NCBI GenBank assembly: GCA_944390365.1
Contig: CALXPW010000002.1
Location: 2,499-66,498, forward strand
DNA: 64,000 nucleotides
Direction: 5' to 3'
Source: an uncultured Clostridia bacterium
GTDB lineage: Bacteria; Bacillota; Clostridia; TANB77; CAG-508
Part shown: in pieces, positions 54,901 to 63,097 of the stretch
Position numbering within the stretch: the first letter of the stretch is position 1
Layout: every line of letters begins with the position of its first letter
Translations under genes and position numbers: made by a program
The notes under the pieces: model-generated
The model's input: the letters and a program-made list of their open reading frames with translations, nothing else
The model's database searches: none
Told to the model about the DNA's origin: nothing

Positions 54901-57092
54901 TTAGTATATTCCATTGTGATTTTGTCTGTTCCACTTGGTGTTAATGTGTCTGTTGTTAAGTCTGTATTTAATACAATTATTGCTCCTTTATACTCTGCAT
55001 TTGTTGCATACTCTGTTTGATTTCCTTCTAATTCTACTTGAATAACTATGTGTCCATTCTCTTCTACTAATCCTGCATTTTTTATTTCTAGTCCATTACC
55101 TAATAAAATATTTGTTCCTTTTAAGTTAACTCTTCTAATGTATGAAGGTAATGTTATCTTTAATGTTGGGTCTTTAAATAAACCGTTATATATACTAGAG
55201 GTATCAAGTACTGCTCTAATCTCTACATTTTCGTTTGTTAAAACTGTTGTTAAATTAGGTTTACTTATTTGTAATTCTACTTTTGTTTCTGGTTCTTTTA
55301 ATTCTATGTCTACAGTTTTTGCTGTACTATCTATATTTGTTTTTCCTTCAAATTCAGTTCTTACTTTGTTAAAGCTTTGCATTTGAGTTCTAGAATAGTC
55401 TATTTCTCCTTTTAATGCTTTAACTATTCTTATTTCAAATTTTCCCTCTGTAATAGGTGCCGTTGTTGTTATAACTAATTTATTATTGTTGCTTTCACTT
55501 ATGTCTAATTTATATTTTCCATCTTCTACTGATGTATCTTTATTTATTTTTCCAAGTTCTTTTCCGTTTGAATCTTTTACTGTTATTTGTCCATCTTCAC
55601 CTAGTATTTTATTAAATATTGCTTGGCTTATTTCTATTCTTTTATTATATGCATAGTTTTTATTATTTACAGTAGTATATGCTTGTCTTTCTTCTTCTGT
55701 TAAGAATTTATCATATTCTTGTACAAATTCTAGAGATGTAGTATGTTTAGCACTATAAATTGTTGCTATATAATCTGTATAATATTCTGTTTCTTGCTTG
55801 TTTTTTGCTTCATAATTTGCATATACATATCCTTTGCTTAAATCTCCAGTTGCAGACATTTCAAAATCTGTCATTTCTCCTACTGGCTCTGTATATTTTA
55901 ATTCGTAAACTGTTTGATTTGTTACTGTAGTTTCTTCATTATTATATAAACTTAAATTTGAAACTGCTGTTATATTACTATTTATTCCATTTTCTATAAC
56001 ATAGTCATATATTTCTTTTCCTTCATATATATATGTAACTATATATTCATCTTTAGCATTCTTTTTCCATGAGATACTATCTTGTAAATTAGCTGTATTT
56101 ATAGTTACTTTTCCTGTTTCTATATCATATGAATAATTACTATTTGTAAATTCTATACCATCTGTTTTACCATTTGTTGCTTCTGTTTTGTTGGCAATAA
56201 CAGTTACAGAAGTTGGTTTAGTACTATTTATTTCTGGAGCGATTATTTCTAACATTGTATTCTTTATTGGTAAGTTACTATCTTTCACATTTGAATTTAC
56301 TTTTACTTGTACCATTACTCCGTAGTTTTCACGTGTACTCTCATTTGCTTGATCACTAACTTGTGTATTTGTTTGTGTGTTTTCTTCTGTTCCCAAATCT
56401 ACACCTATTTCTGGAGTTGTACTTTCATTAGCATTAGTTTCTGTGTTTTGGTTAGTACTTTCACTTGTAACTTCGTTTCCTTCTATATTGTATGGTATAT
56501 ATTTAGTTGCTTCCATGCTTACTTCTGCTTCAGCAGTTCCTCTCCAAGAAAGTTTATTAACTACTTCTTTTTCAAGTGATTTTCTTTCTCCCTCTCCATC
56601 CACATAAGTTCCTAAAAGTTTAGTAGTTACTTCTTTTGAAAAATAATCTAATGATACATTATCTGCTTTTAGTATTTCAATTGGAATTTCCAAAGTAATA
56701 TCTGAACCATTGTCAATTTTATTTAAAACGATTTTATTATTTTCTATGTCTATACTTTTAATGTTTTCATTTGAAAGTCCATCTTTTATCTTAAAGTTTG
56801 CATTTTGGAATTCAACTGTTGTTCCATTGTCAATATATCCTGCATTATTAACTTTAACTTTTAGATATATTTTTGCATTTTCTGCCCCTATATCAAAAGT
56901 TTGATTATGCATTTCCCCATAAAAATATGAGTTAAATTCTACATTTTTCTGATTTGTTTTGGATGTTTGTTCATTTAACTCTTCATCGTTTAATGCTTGA
57001 GCTATGGTAAATTCACCTATAATAAGTAGGTTTGCGCTCATTAAAATTATAACCATGATTAGTGCAATAATTTTTTCAAATAGTTTACTCAT
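51966..57092 (-). CDS. giant (about 1708 aa) surface protein with DUF11-like repeat domains, an SdrD-B-like domain and a C-terminal TM tail anchor
   Basis: Start is probably ATG 57092 (RBS GGAGGT; MSKLFEKIIALIMVIILMSANLLII). DUF11-like TATIKNTGNTDIENAKLKAIAPTG. ITGTAWIDADGDGERDSSEQKVPDMQVLLL...NGTYTFSNLPNGEYVVVF. C-terminal IVTGAAIMYTAITLVVVTMLGFGIYGIKKFILNKKK. Confidence 0.8.
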   Translation of the reverse strand: MSKLFEKIIALIMVIILMSANLLIIGEFTIAQALNDEELNEQTSKTNQKNVEFNSYFYGEMHNQTFDIGAENAKIYLKVKVNNAGYIDNGTTVEFQNANFKIKDGLSNENIKSIDIENNKIVLNKIDNGSDITLEIPIEILKADNVSLDYFSKEVTTKLLGTYVDGEGERKSLEKEVVNKLSWRGTAEAEVSMEATKYIPYNIEGNEVTSESTNQNTETNANESTTPEIGVDLGTEENTQTNTQVSDQANESTRENYGVMVQVKVNSNVKDSNLPIKNTMLEIIAPEINSTKPTSVTVIANKTEATNGKTDGIEFTNSNYSYDIETGKVTINTANLQDSISWKKNAKDEYIVTYIYEGKEIYDYVIENGINSNITAVSNLSLYNNEETTVTNQTVYELKYTEPVGEMTDFEMSATGDLSKGYVYANYEAKNKQETEYYTDYIATIYSAKHTTSLEFVQEYDKFLTEEERQAYTTVNNKNYAYNKRIEISQAIFNKILGEDGQITVKDSNGKELGKINKDTSVEDGKYKLDISESNNNKLVITTTAPITEGKFEIRIVKALKGEIDYSRTQMQSFNKVRTEFEGKTNIDSTAKTVDIELKEPETKVELQISKPNLTTVLTNENVEIRAVLDTSSIYNGLFKDPTLKITLPSYIRRVNLKGTNILLGNGLEIKNAGLVEENGHIVIQVELEGNQTEYATNAEYKGAIIVLNTDLTTDTLTPSGTDKITMEYTNENEVATNTEGSLSADISYIAPSGVVTANGVSNYKDGAEDILSISEEPITLPIDTYSDERTTTIEGTVINNYSNDISKVSILGRIPAQGNTQIDTNDEMGSTFSMPLATQVQVSGVDSANYTVYYSDNANATKDLQDSNNGWSTTARTSSKSYLIVFNDDYKMESGTKIDISYDMVMPENLTPDNDTYTMYKVYYTNDSDIGSMVESKASSVIGFSTGEGPEAEITLSTATDAVRGGQIVEMTATIKNTGNTDIENAKLKAIAPTGTVHTELPIGERAYVDSDNSEKIIDVGNIPAGETATVRYELRVNNVVDFGDVIMGNSEIENNASLIADNITGEIQATPYTFTVTEGELKIVNIPNADSDEVLREGRIVEYAIEVENISIDKNLSNVTLNLNFPEGIEIKDVSYLNENGDRVKDGVTIDGQNISINVGQLSMIGNDSTTTTYAYVKFEVKDFKGDLTSIITATADGIDTQYSNVRRYSTDKIDLSIVQDELSDIYIKEGTEYSYHFRITNNSDSISMTNKMKMTLPEGLTFVEATYTSGDDEGKVKSSSNGTVTVDIVELEAGAIAEVDVKVRADLLPDENDREVKTSATIEAFGFEPVTSNEVTAIIEYDPNANHNQGGNGSSGGGTNKPNRYRITGTAWIDADGDGERDSSEQKVPDMQVLLLNKDTSAIITDPDTGEQKRTTTSNNGTYTFSNLPNGEYVVVFVYDSSNYSLTEYRKEDVNERFNSDAIDVNITIDGERRLAGMTDVLTVDGENVRDIDIGIYTATKFDLRLDKYVNKITLTTPTIGTRVDEYERNTTLGKVEVLERNVGQSSAVIEYKIVVTNEGSVPGYASKIVDYLPDKVNFSTELNPDWYLSDNGNIYNSTLSDEIINPGESKELTLVISINITEDMLDILENNAEIYESYNEMGLQDIDSTVNNNNSEEDDLGKAEVIVGIVTGAAIMYTAITLVVVTMLGFGIYGIKKFILNKKK

Positions 57093-57513
57093 AATAACCT
57101 CCATTTATTTCTTAACATATAATATATTATACGACATTTTTATTGCTTTTTCAATACTTTTCAGTCTTTTCTTGAAATTTCATAAACTTTTTATGTTTAT
57201 TAGACAATATACTATATCTTATATCTTATTGTAACATTTTTAGACAAGATTTCAACCTTTGCTTTCTTCAATTTATTAGTATATATAAATAAGCCTTTAC
57301 GGATACTCTTCTTTAGAAGATTTATTAAAATTATATTACATTTTTATTACAATTTTACAAATTACCTTTTTGGCTTTTTCAGTTTGTATGCTATTTTGGT
57401 AACTGAACCTAAATATAAAGCTATTTATTTATTCTTTTGTAATCACACTTTTAATTTTTTCTACATATTATATTATAGTTTTTTAAACATATATTATATA
57501 GAGGTGATTATAT

Positions 57514-57669
57514 ATGAATAATAACAACAATATGAATATGGCGGAATTAATGGCTATGCTAGCAAAAATGGATAAGAAAGATTTAGAACAAGGCATTAGT
57601 AAAGTTAGTCAAATGCTAAAGAATAATGATACCGACTCAATTATAAACAATATTAAAAAAAATAAATAA
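57514..57669 (+). CDS. small hypothetical protein (51 aa), below the ORF-track cutoff
   Basis: Own reading: RBS GAGGTG 7 nt upstream of ATG 57514. MNNNNNMNMAELMAMLAKMDKKDLEQGISKVSQMLKNNDTDSIINNIKKNK*. Confidence 0.4.
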   Translation: MNNNNNMNMAELMAMLAKMDKKDLEQGISKVSQMLKNNDTDSIINNIKKNK

Positions 57670-57700
57670 TTATGATTATTTGTGTATTGGAGGGATTTAA

Positions 57701-58084
57701 ATGAACAATAATGATATGAGTAATATTATGGAACAATTTAATAAAATGCTACAAAATAATGAATTTCCTGACGATTTAAAAAATGCTTTAAATAGTTTTA
57801 AAAATTCCTCTAATAATTCTAATAGTAGTTCTAATGAAGATTCCAACGGCTCAAATTCTACAATCCCAGACATAGATATAAATACAATTTTAAAAATCAA
57901 GCAAGTAATGGAATCTATGAATTCAAATAAAAACGACCCTAGAAGTAATCTTTTAATGTCTTTGAAACCATATTTGAAAGAAAGTAGAAAAAAGAAAGTT
58001 GATCAATATGTTCAATTATTTGGATTAGGAAAAGCTTTTGAAGTGTTTAATTCCCTAGGTGGTGAGAATAAAAATGATATATAA
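57701..58084 (+). CDS. hypothetical protein (Asn/Ser-rich linker, conserved-looking C-terminus)
   Basis: RBS GGAGGG. C-terminal DPRSNLLMSLKPYLKESRKKKVDQYVQLFGLGKAF looks like a folded domain. No family named. Confidence 0.5.
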   Translation: MNNNDMSNIMEQFNKMLQNNEFPDDLKNALNSFKNSSNNSNSSSNEDSNGSNSTIPDIDINTILKIKQVMESMNSNKNDPRSNLLMSLKPYLKESRKKKVDQYVQLFGLGKAFEVFNSLGGENKNDI

Positions 58085-58442
58085 TTTTCCATTTTATCCA
58101 CATTTTCCTACAAAATCGTATAGGGGTTATCCACATAATGCTAATAAGAATGTTATACGAACTCCAAACTATAGTGCAAGAAGCTCTACGGAAACTAATA
58201 CTTTAAGAAAAAATAATAATAAAAATCATGATATAATAATCGAAAAAAAGCAAGAAAAAACTTACGAAAAAAAAGCTGATACTAGAATTAAAAATACTAA
58301 TGATGAAAAATATTTTGAAATTTTAGGAATTAAATTATATTCTGATGATATTTTATTACTTTGTTTAATATTCTTCTTATACAAAGAGGGCGTACAAGAT
58401 GAGTACTTGTTTATAGCTTTAATTATGTTACTATTGTCGTAA
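58074..58442 (+). CDS. hypothetical small membrane protein
   Basis: Start is probably ATG 58074 (RBS GGTGGTGAG), overlapping the previous stop. C-terminal hydrophobic LLLLCLIFFLYKEGVQDEYLFIALIMLLLS. Confidence 0.5.
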   Translation: MIYNFPFYPHFPTKSYRGYPHNANKNVIRTPNYSARSSTETNTLRKNNNKNHDIIIEKKQEKTYEKKADTRIKNTNDEKYFEILGIKLYSDDILLLCLIFFLYKEGVQDEYLFIALIMLLLS

Positions 58443-58504
58443 TTTTTTGAACAGTTGTTATTGATTTAATTTTTAATTATGCTTTTTATGATAATAATTT
58501 TATG

Positions 58505-58561
58505 AAAAGGTAATAAGTTGATTTTTTAATTTCTAGATTTTTAATCAACCTACTACCTTTT
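58505..58561. terminator. hairpin between convergent genes (minC end / small membrane protein end)
   Basis: 19-nt arms AAAAGGTAATAAGTTGATT / AATCAACCTACTACCTTTT. The two mismatches become G-U pairs on the minus-strand transcript. Confidence 0.55.
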
Positions 58562-58584
58562 CCAATATATATTAGCATTGAACT

Positions 58585-59211
58585 CTATTCTAAAATTAGT
58601 TCATCTTTATCATTTATGTACGCAGAAGTTCTAATTTGTTTAATTTCACTTTCACTTTTCTCTATTTCTTTTATTTTATCTGCAATTCTAATTTGTACTG
58701 CATCTATTTCAGAAGCTTCGATAATTGCATCTTTGTTTCCTTTTGCTCCAGCATGTGCTAGTCCTCTTAAATTTCCTAGTACTACAATGTTTTCGCCCGC
58801 TATTACTTCTGCTCCTGCATTTACGTCACCAATTATTACTATACTTCCTTCAAATTCAATTTTTTGTCCTGACCTTAAAGAGCCTTTATGAAATTTAGTT
58901 TCAGAAGTAGCTACCTCTTTGTAAAATGTTTTTTTAATTCCATGTAACCCCAATACTTTTGGACTATCAAATTCTATTTGAACATTTATAAATCTTTTTA
59001 TAACTGATTGTATTTCGTCCATTTCTTTATTTTTTAATACCTTACCTGTAATTAATATCGGTGTTTTGTCTTCTTTATACAAATTTTTTAGTTCAATCAT
59101 TTTCTTCTTTAAGTCAGATATAATTTCTTTTTGTTCTGCATTTTCTTCTATTCTTATAATTACTTGATTCTTTTTAATACTAATATTTATACTATTACTC
59201 ATAAATTTCAC
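58585..59211 (-). CDS. minC: septum site-determining protein MinC
   Basis: C-terminal beta-helix GSIVIIGDVNAGAEVIAGENIVVLGNLRGLAHAGAKGN. The start is ambiguous (GTG 59211 or ATG 59202). Confidence 0.85.
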   Translation of the reverse strand: MKFMSNSINISIKKNQVIIRIEENAEQKEIISDLKKKMIELKNLYKEDKTPILITGKVLKNKEMDEIQSVIKRFINVQIEFDSPKVLGLHGIKKTFYKEVATSETKFHKGSLRSGQKIEFEGSIVIIGDVNAGAEVIAGENIVVLGNLRGLAHAGAKGNKDAIIEASEIDAVQIRIADKIKEIEKSESEIKQIRTSAYINDKDELILE

Positions 59212-59219
59212 ACTTTCTT

Positions 59220-61301
59220 TTATCTAACACTTTCTACACTTGATTCTGCATTTTTATCTTCTGTTACTTTTTCTGAGTTCATACCAAAGTATTCTTCCAT
59301 AATTTCTTTTGCTACCACTGCAGTATATCCTCCAGAACCTGCTTTTTCTACCATTACTACTACTGCTATTTCAGGTTCATCGTAAGGTGCAAATCCTACA
59401 AACCATCCATCTGCCTCACCTTCATTTCCTGTTTGTGCGGATCCTGTTTTTCCCGCTATATCAATGTCAAAATCTGCAAATGTTGAATATGCTGTTCCTC
59501 CTGGTTCACTTGTAACACCTTTCATTCCTTCTCTTATTGCGTCTAAATTTTCTTCAGATATATTTAAGTCTTCTTTAAGCTCATTTTCTGTACCTACTGT
59601 ATCTTTTACGAAGTTTTCTATTTCTTCTTTTGATACTTCTGTACCATCAGGATTTATTATTGATTTTATAGTACTTACATCTACATTTTTGCCACCATTT
59701 GCTATCATACTTATATACCTTGCCATTTGAATAGGAGTATACGAGTTAAAACTCTGTCCTATTGCTGCAGACAATGTATCTGCTGGGTACCATGTAGTGT
59801 AGCCTATGCTATTAGCATATTCTCTACTTGCTACTATTCCACTACTTTCCCCCATCAATTCCACTCCAGTTCTCTTTCCAAGTCCATATCGTCCAGCATA
59901 ATCTGCTATTGTATCTATTCCCATTCTGTAACCTAAATCATAGAAGAAATAATTACATGAGTATTTTATGGCTTGAGTTAAATTTAAATAGCCATGTCCT
60001 ACTCCATAACTTCTATAATACCAACAAGCTTGTCCATCTCCATAAGGGTAAACGCCATTATCATTTATTTTTGTTTTGGTTGTTATTTCTCCTGTGTCTA
60101 GGGCAGCTGATGCTACAACCATTTTAAAAGTAGACCCTGGAGCATAAATACTTCTTATTGCTCTGTTATAGTATTTTCCTGTTTCGTCGTTTGGATCATA
60201 TTCCTCTGAGTATCGTTCTGGATTGTAGTCTGGATAACTTGCCATTGCTAAAATTCCCCCAGTATTTACATTCATTACAACTACAGCGCCGGCATCAGCA
60301 TCATTTCCTTCTCCATATTTTCCATCTGCAAGATCCTTTATATTTTTCTCTAATGCTTCTTCTGCAACTTTTTGTAAGTTTGCATCTATTGTAAGTACTA
60401 CGTCTGAACCAGCTATTGCCTCTTCTGATATATATTCACTTGTTATTGCACCATCTACAGTCATGTCCACTTGCTTTACTCCATCTGTTCCTTTTAAGTA
60501 TTCTTCAAATACTTTTTGTACACCATCTTTTCCTATTATATCATCATTTCTATATGTGTCTTTTCTTGTACTATATTCTTCCTCGCTTATTGCTCCAACA
60601 TACCCTAAAATGTGTGAAGCTAAATTTCCAGAAGTATATGCTACTGTAGGTTCTGTAACAACATTTATACCTGCAAGTTTTGCATTTTGTTCCCTTATTT
60701 GGACTGCTGAGGTATTACTAATATCTCTTGCAATTGTAACAGATCTAGTGCTACTATATCCTACACTAGAAATTTCGTATCTTATAGCCATTATTTTTCT
60801 TGCAGTATTTACGTCCTCTTCCGAAATTTCATACTTTTCCTTCAAGGCATTAAATACTTGTCCTGCAGAATAATTTTCATCTAAATTGTTTTCTCTTTTC
60901 CATTCTTTTTGATAATCTTCATCTTCTTCGGTAAATTCAAATGGTTCAACTTTTATTGGTAAGTTATCTATGTATGTATCTTTATTTGATTCTAATATTT
61001 CTATAAATTTTTTTATAGCTAAATTTAATTCTTCATCACTAACTTTTGTACTATATATTTCTGCACTATAACCAGTATCTGTTCTTACTAATTCCACACC
61101 AGTTCTATCTTTTATAGAACCTCTTGCTGCTTTAACTACAGTTTCTCTTGTAAGCCTCGAATTTGAAGTTTCTCTATACTCTGCACCATGTATAATCTGT
61201 AAATTAAAAAGTTGTATCAACAAAATTATTCCTGCTATGTATACTATCGTTGTAAGTATGTTATACCTTATTCTATCGTTTCTATTTTTCTCTTTGTTCA
61301 A
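59220..61301 (-). CDS. mrdA: penicillin-binding protein 2 (elongation transpeptidase)
   Basis: TTG start after GGAGGTGAG. N-terminal TM segment. Transpeptidase motifs STFK, SCN (KYSCNYF) and KTGSAQ. Located in the mreBCD operon. Confidence 0.9.
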   Translation of the reverse strand: MNKEKNRNDRIRYNILTTIVYIAGIILLIQLFNLQIIHGAEYRETSNSRLTRETVVKAARGSIKDRTGVELVRTDTGYSAEIYSTKVSDEELNLAIKKFIEILESNKDTYIDNLPIKVEPFEFTEEDEDYQKEWKRENNLDENYSAGQVFNALKEKYEISEEDVNTARKIMAIRYEISSVGYSSTRSVTIARDISNTSAVQIREQNAKLAGINVVTEPTVAYTSGNLASHILGYVGAISEEEYSTRKDTYRNDDIIGKDGVQKVFEEYLKGTDGVKQVDMTVDGAITSEYISEEAIAGSDVVLTIDANLQKVAEEALEKNIKDLADGKYGEGNDADAGAVVVMNVNTGGILAMASYPDYNPERYSEEYDPNDETGKYYNRAIRSIYAPGSTFKMVVASAALDTGEITTKTKINDNGVYPYGDGQACWYYRSYGVGHGYLNLTQAIKYSCNYFFYDLGYRMGIDTIADYAGRYGLGKRTGVELMGESSGIVASREYANSIGYTTWYPADTLSAAIGQSFNSYTPIQMARYISMIANGGKNVDVSTIKSIINPDGTEVSKEEIENFVKDTVGTENELKEDLNISEENLDAIREGMKGVTSEPGGTAYSTFADFDIDIAGKTGSAQTGNEGEADGWFVGFAPYDEPEIAVVVMVEKAGSGGYTAVVAKEIMEEYFGMNSEKVTEDKNAESSVESVR

Positions 61302-61370
61302 TAACTCACCTCCATTTATGTATTTTTTTATATTATTAGATAATGTTTTTTATAGAAATTTAGACTTTAA

Positions 61371-61561
61371 CCCTAGGTAATATGTGTATTTAGAGAATTT
61401 TTGTAGTGACGCGTAAGCAACCAAACGAGCTTCTTTGAAGCGAGTGCGATTTGGAGTACCTTTTCCTGCAATAAAAAGAAAAATTTATTTTTCTTTTTAT
61501 TATATTGGAGGTGCAACACCAAGGAACAAAAAAATTTGATAAATATACATATTACCTAAGG
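61371..61561. repeat. 191-nt structured intergenic repeat, copy 2, lying between mreD and mrdA
   Basis: Outer arms CCCTAGGTAATATGTGTA / TATACATATTACCTAAGG. The core is about 90% identical to 45101-45260, in the same orientation. Confidence 0.85.
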
Positions 61562-61641
61562 TTTGTATCATATTATTTTATAAGAACCATTATTTAGTAA
61601 TTTTTTTATTCTAGAACATAGTATGTTTTCAATTTATAATA

Positions 61642-62175
61642 TTAAAAATACCTAGTCAAAATACTTTTGGTTTTAAAAATTTCTTCTAATGCATGTCCCA
61701 ATCTTTGTATTAAAGGATAAATTACTATTGTAATTAGTAAATTATATAATATTTCAATAAGTAATATTTTTATAAATTGTAATATTTCTACATTTATATT
61801 TAATGCAAATATATTAAATATGTAACAACCTATTTCGTATATTCCTGTAGATGCTGCAATCATAAGCATTATTGTAATTCTGCTTTCTTTTGAGAAATTT
61901 TTATCTAAATATTCACCTAAAAGTCCAATTATACCTAACATAATTCCTGAAATTCCTATTTGACGTCCTATTACTACATCTAAGAAAAAGCCAAATATTA
62001 TTCCAAAAATTAGGCCTAACTTTTTGCCCGCAAATAATCCTATACATAATATAAATATAACAAATAAATTTGGTTTTACATTTGCTATAGTAAACCACGA
62101 GAAAAGGTTTGACTGGATAAAATATATTATTAAAAAGCTTAATATTATTAATACTATTGATAATACTTTTTTCAA
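61642..62175 (-). CDS. mreD: rod shape-determining protein MreD
   Basis: 177-aa polytopic membrane protein immediately downstream of mreC. Confidence 0.8.
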   Translation of the reverse strand: MKKVLSIVLIILSFLIIYFIQSNLFSWFTIANVKPNLFVIFILCIGLFAGKKLGLIFGIIFGFFLDVVIGRQIGISGIMLGIIGLLGEYLDKNFSKESRITIMLMIAASTGIYEIGCYIFNIFALNINVEILQFIKILLIEILYNLLITIVIYPLIQRLGHALEEIFKTKSILTRYF

Positions 62176-62249
62176 ATTGCTTTATCTTCCTTTCTTCGTT
62201 TTACTTTTTTCTTATTTGTCATTAAAATAGTTTGCTGTTAACTTTATGA

Positions 62250-63077
62250 TTATTCTTCTACACTATTCGTTATTACTAAAACTGTATTTAGCTTGTTAAA
62301 ATCTACTGCTGTCTCTACTATTGCGTATCTATCTGTTATGTTACTTGTATTTACAACTTCGGTTATTGTTCCTATATGAATTCCTTTTGGATATATTCCA
62401 CCAATTCCAGAGGTTTCTACACTATCTCCTTGCAATACCACTGCATCTGTTGGTATAAATGTAGCCCTAAGAGTTGATTTATCTTCCAATGTTCCTTGTA
62501 CTACTATTGTGTCATCTGTTGTGCTTATAGTACTTGTAACAGCACTTGCAGTATCTACTATTGTTTGCACTTTTGCCGTATTATTAGTTACTGATATTAC
62601 ATGTCCTACTAAACCACTATCTGCAATAACTGTCATTTCTTCTTTAATTCCATCTTCTGAGCCCACATTTATAATTATAGTGCTACTGTAATTACTAATA
62701 TCCCTATTTATTACATCTGCTGGAATTGTGTTATAATCTGCATACTTATCTTTTAAATTTACATATTCTTTTAAAGTTTCGTTTTCGGCTTTTATTATTT
62801 CTAACTCTCTTAGAGATTGTTCTAGTTCACTATTTTTTTTCTTTAGTTCTTCGTTTTCGGCTTTTAAGGTATCCATATCAGCAAAAAAGCTATTATTTCC
62901 AGATATTTTATTTTTTAGATAGGTAAATCCATTTTGAATTGGCATGACAAATATATTGCATATATCTTGAATATACGAAACTTGATTTATTTCACTATTA
63001 GTAAATACTACTAGTAAAATAATAATTACTATAGTTATAATAATACCTACAATTCCCTTTTTCTTGTTTTTATACAT
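62250..63077 (-). CDS. mreC: rod shape-determining protein MreC
   Basis: N-terminal TM segment, coiled coil (LKAENEELKKKNSELEQSLRELE), and a beta-rich C-terminus with GLVGHV and GGIYPKGIHIGTI. Confidence 0.9.
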   Translation of the reverse strand: MYKNKKKGIVGIIITIVIIILLVVFTNSEINQVSYIQDICNIFVMPIQNGFTYLKNKISGNNSFFADMDTLKAENEELKKKNSELEQSLRELEIIKAENETLKEYVNLKDKYADYNTIPADVINRDISNYSSTIIINVGSEDGIKEEMTVIADSGLVGHVISVTNNTAKVQTIVDTASAVTSTISTTDDTIVVQGTLEDKSTLRATFIPTDAVVLQGDSVETSGIGGIYPKGIHIGTITEVVNTSNITDRYAIVETAVDFNKLNTVLVITNSVEE

Positions 63078-63097
63078 CTTAACTTATCATTCCTTTT

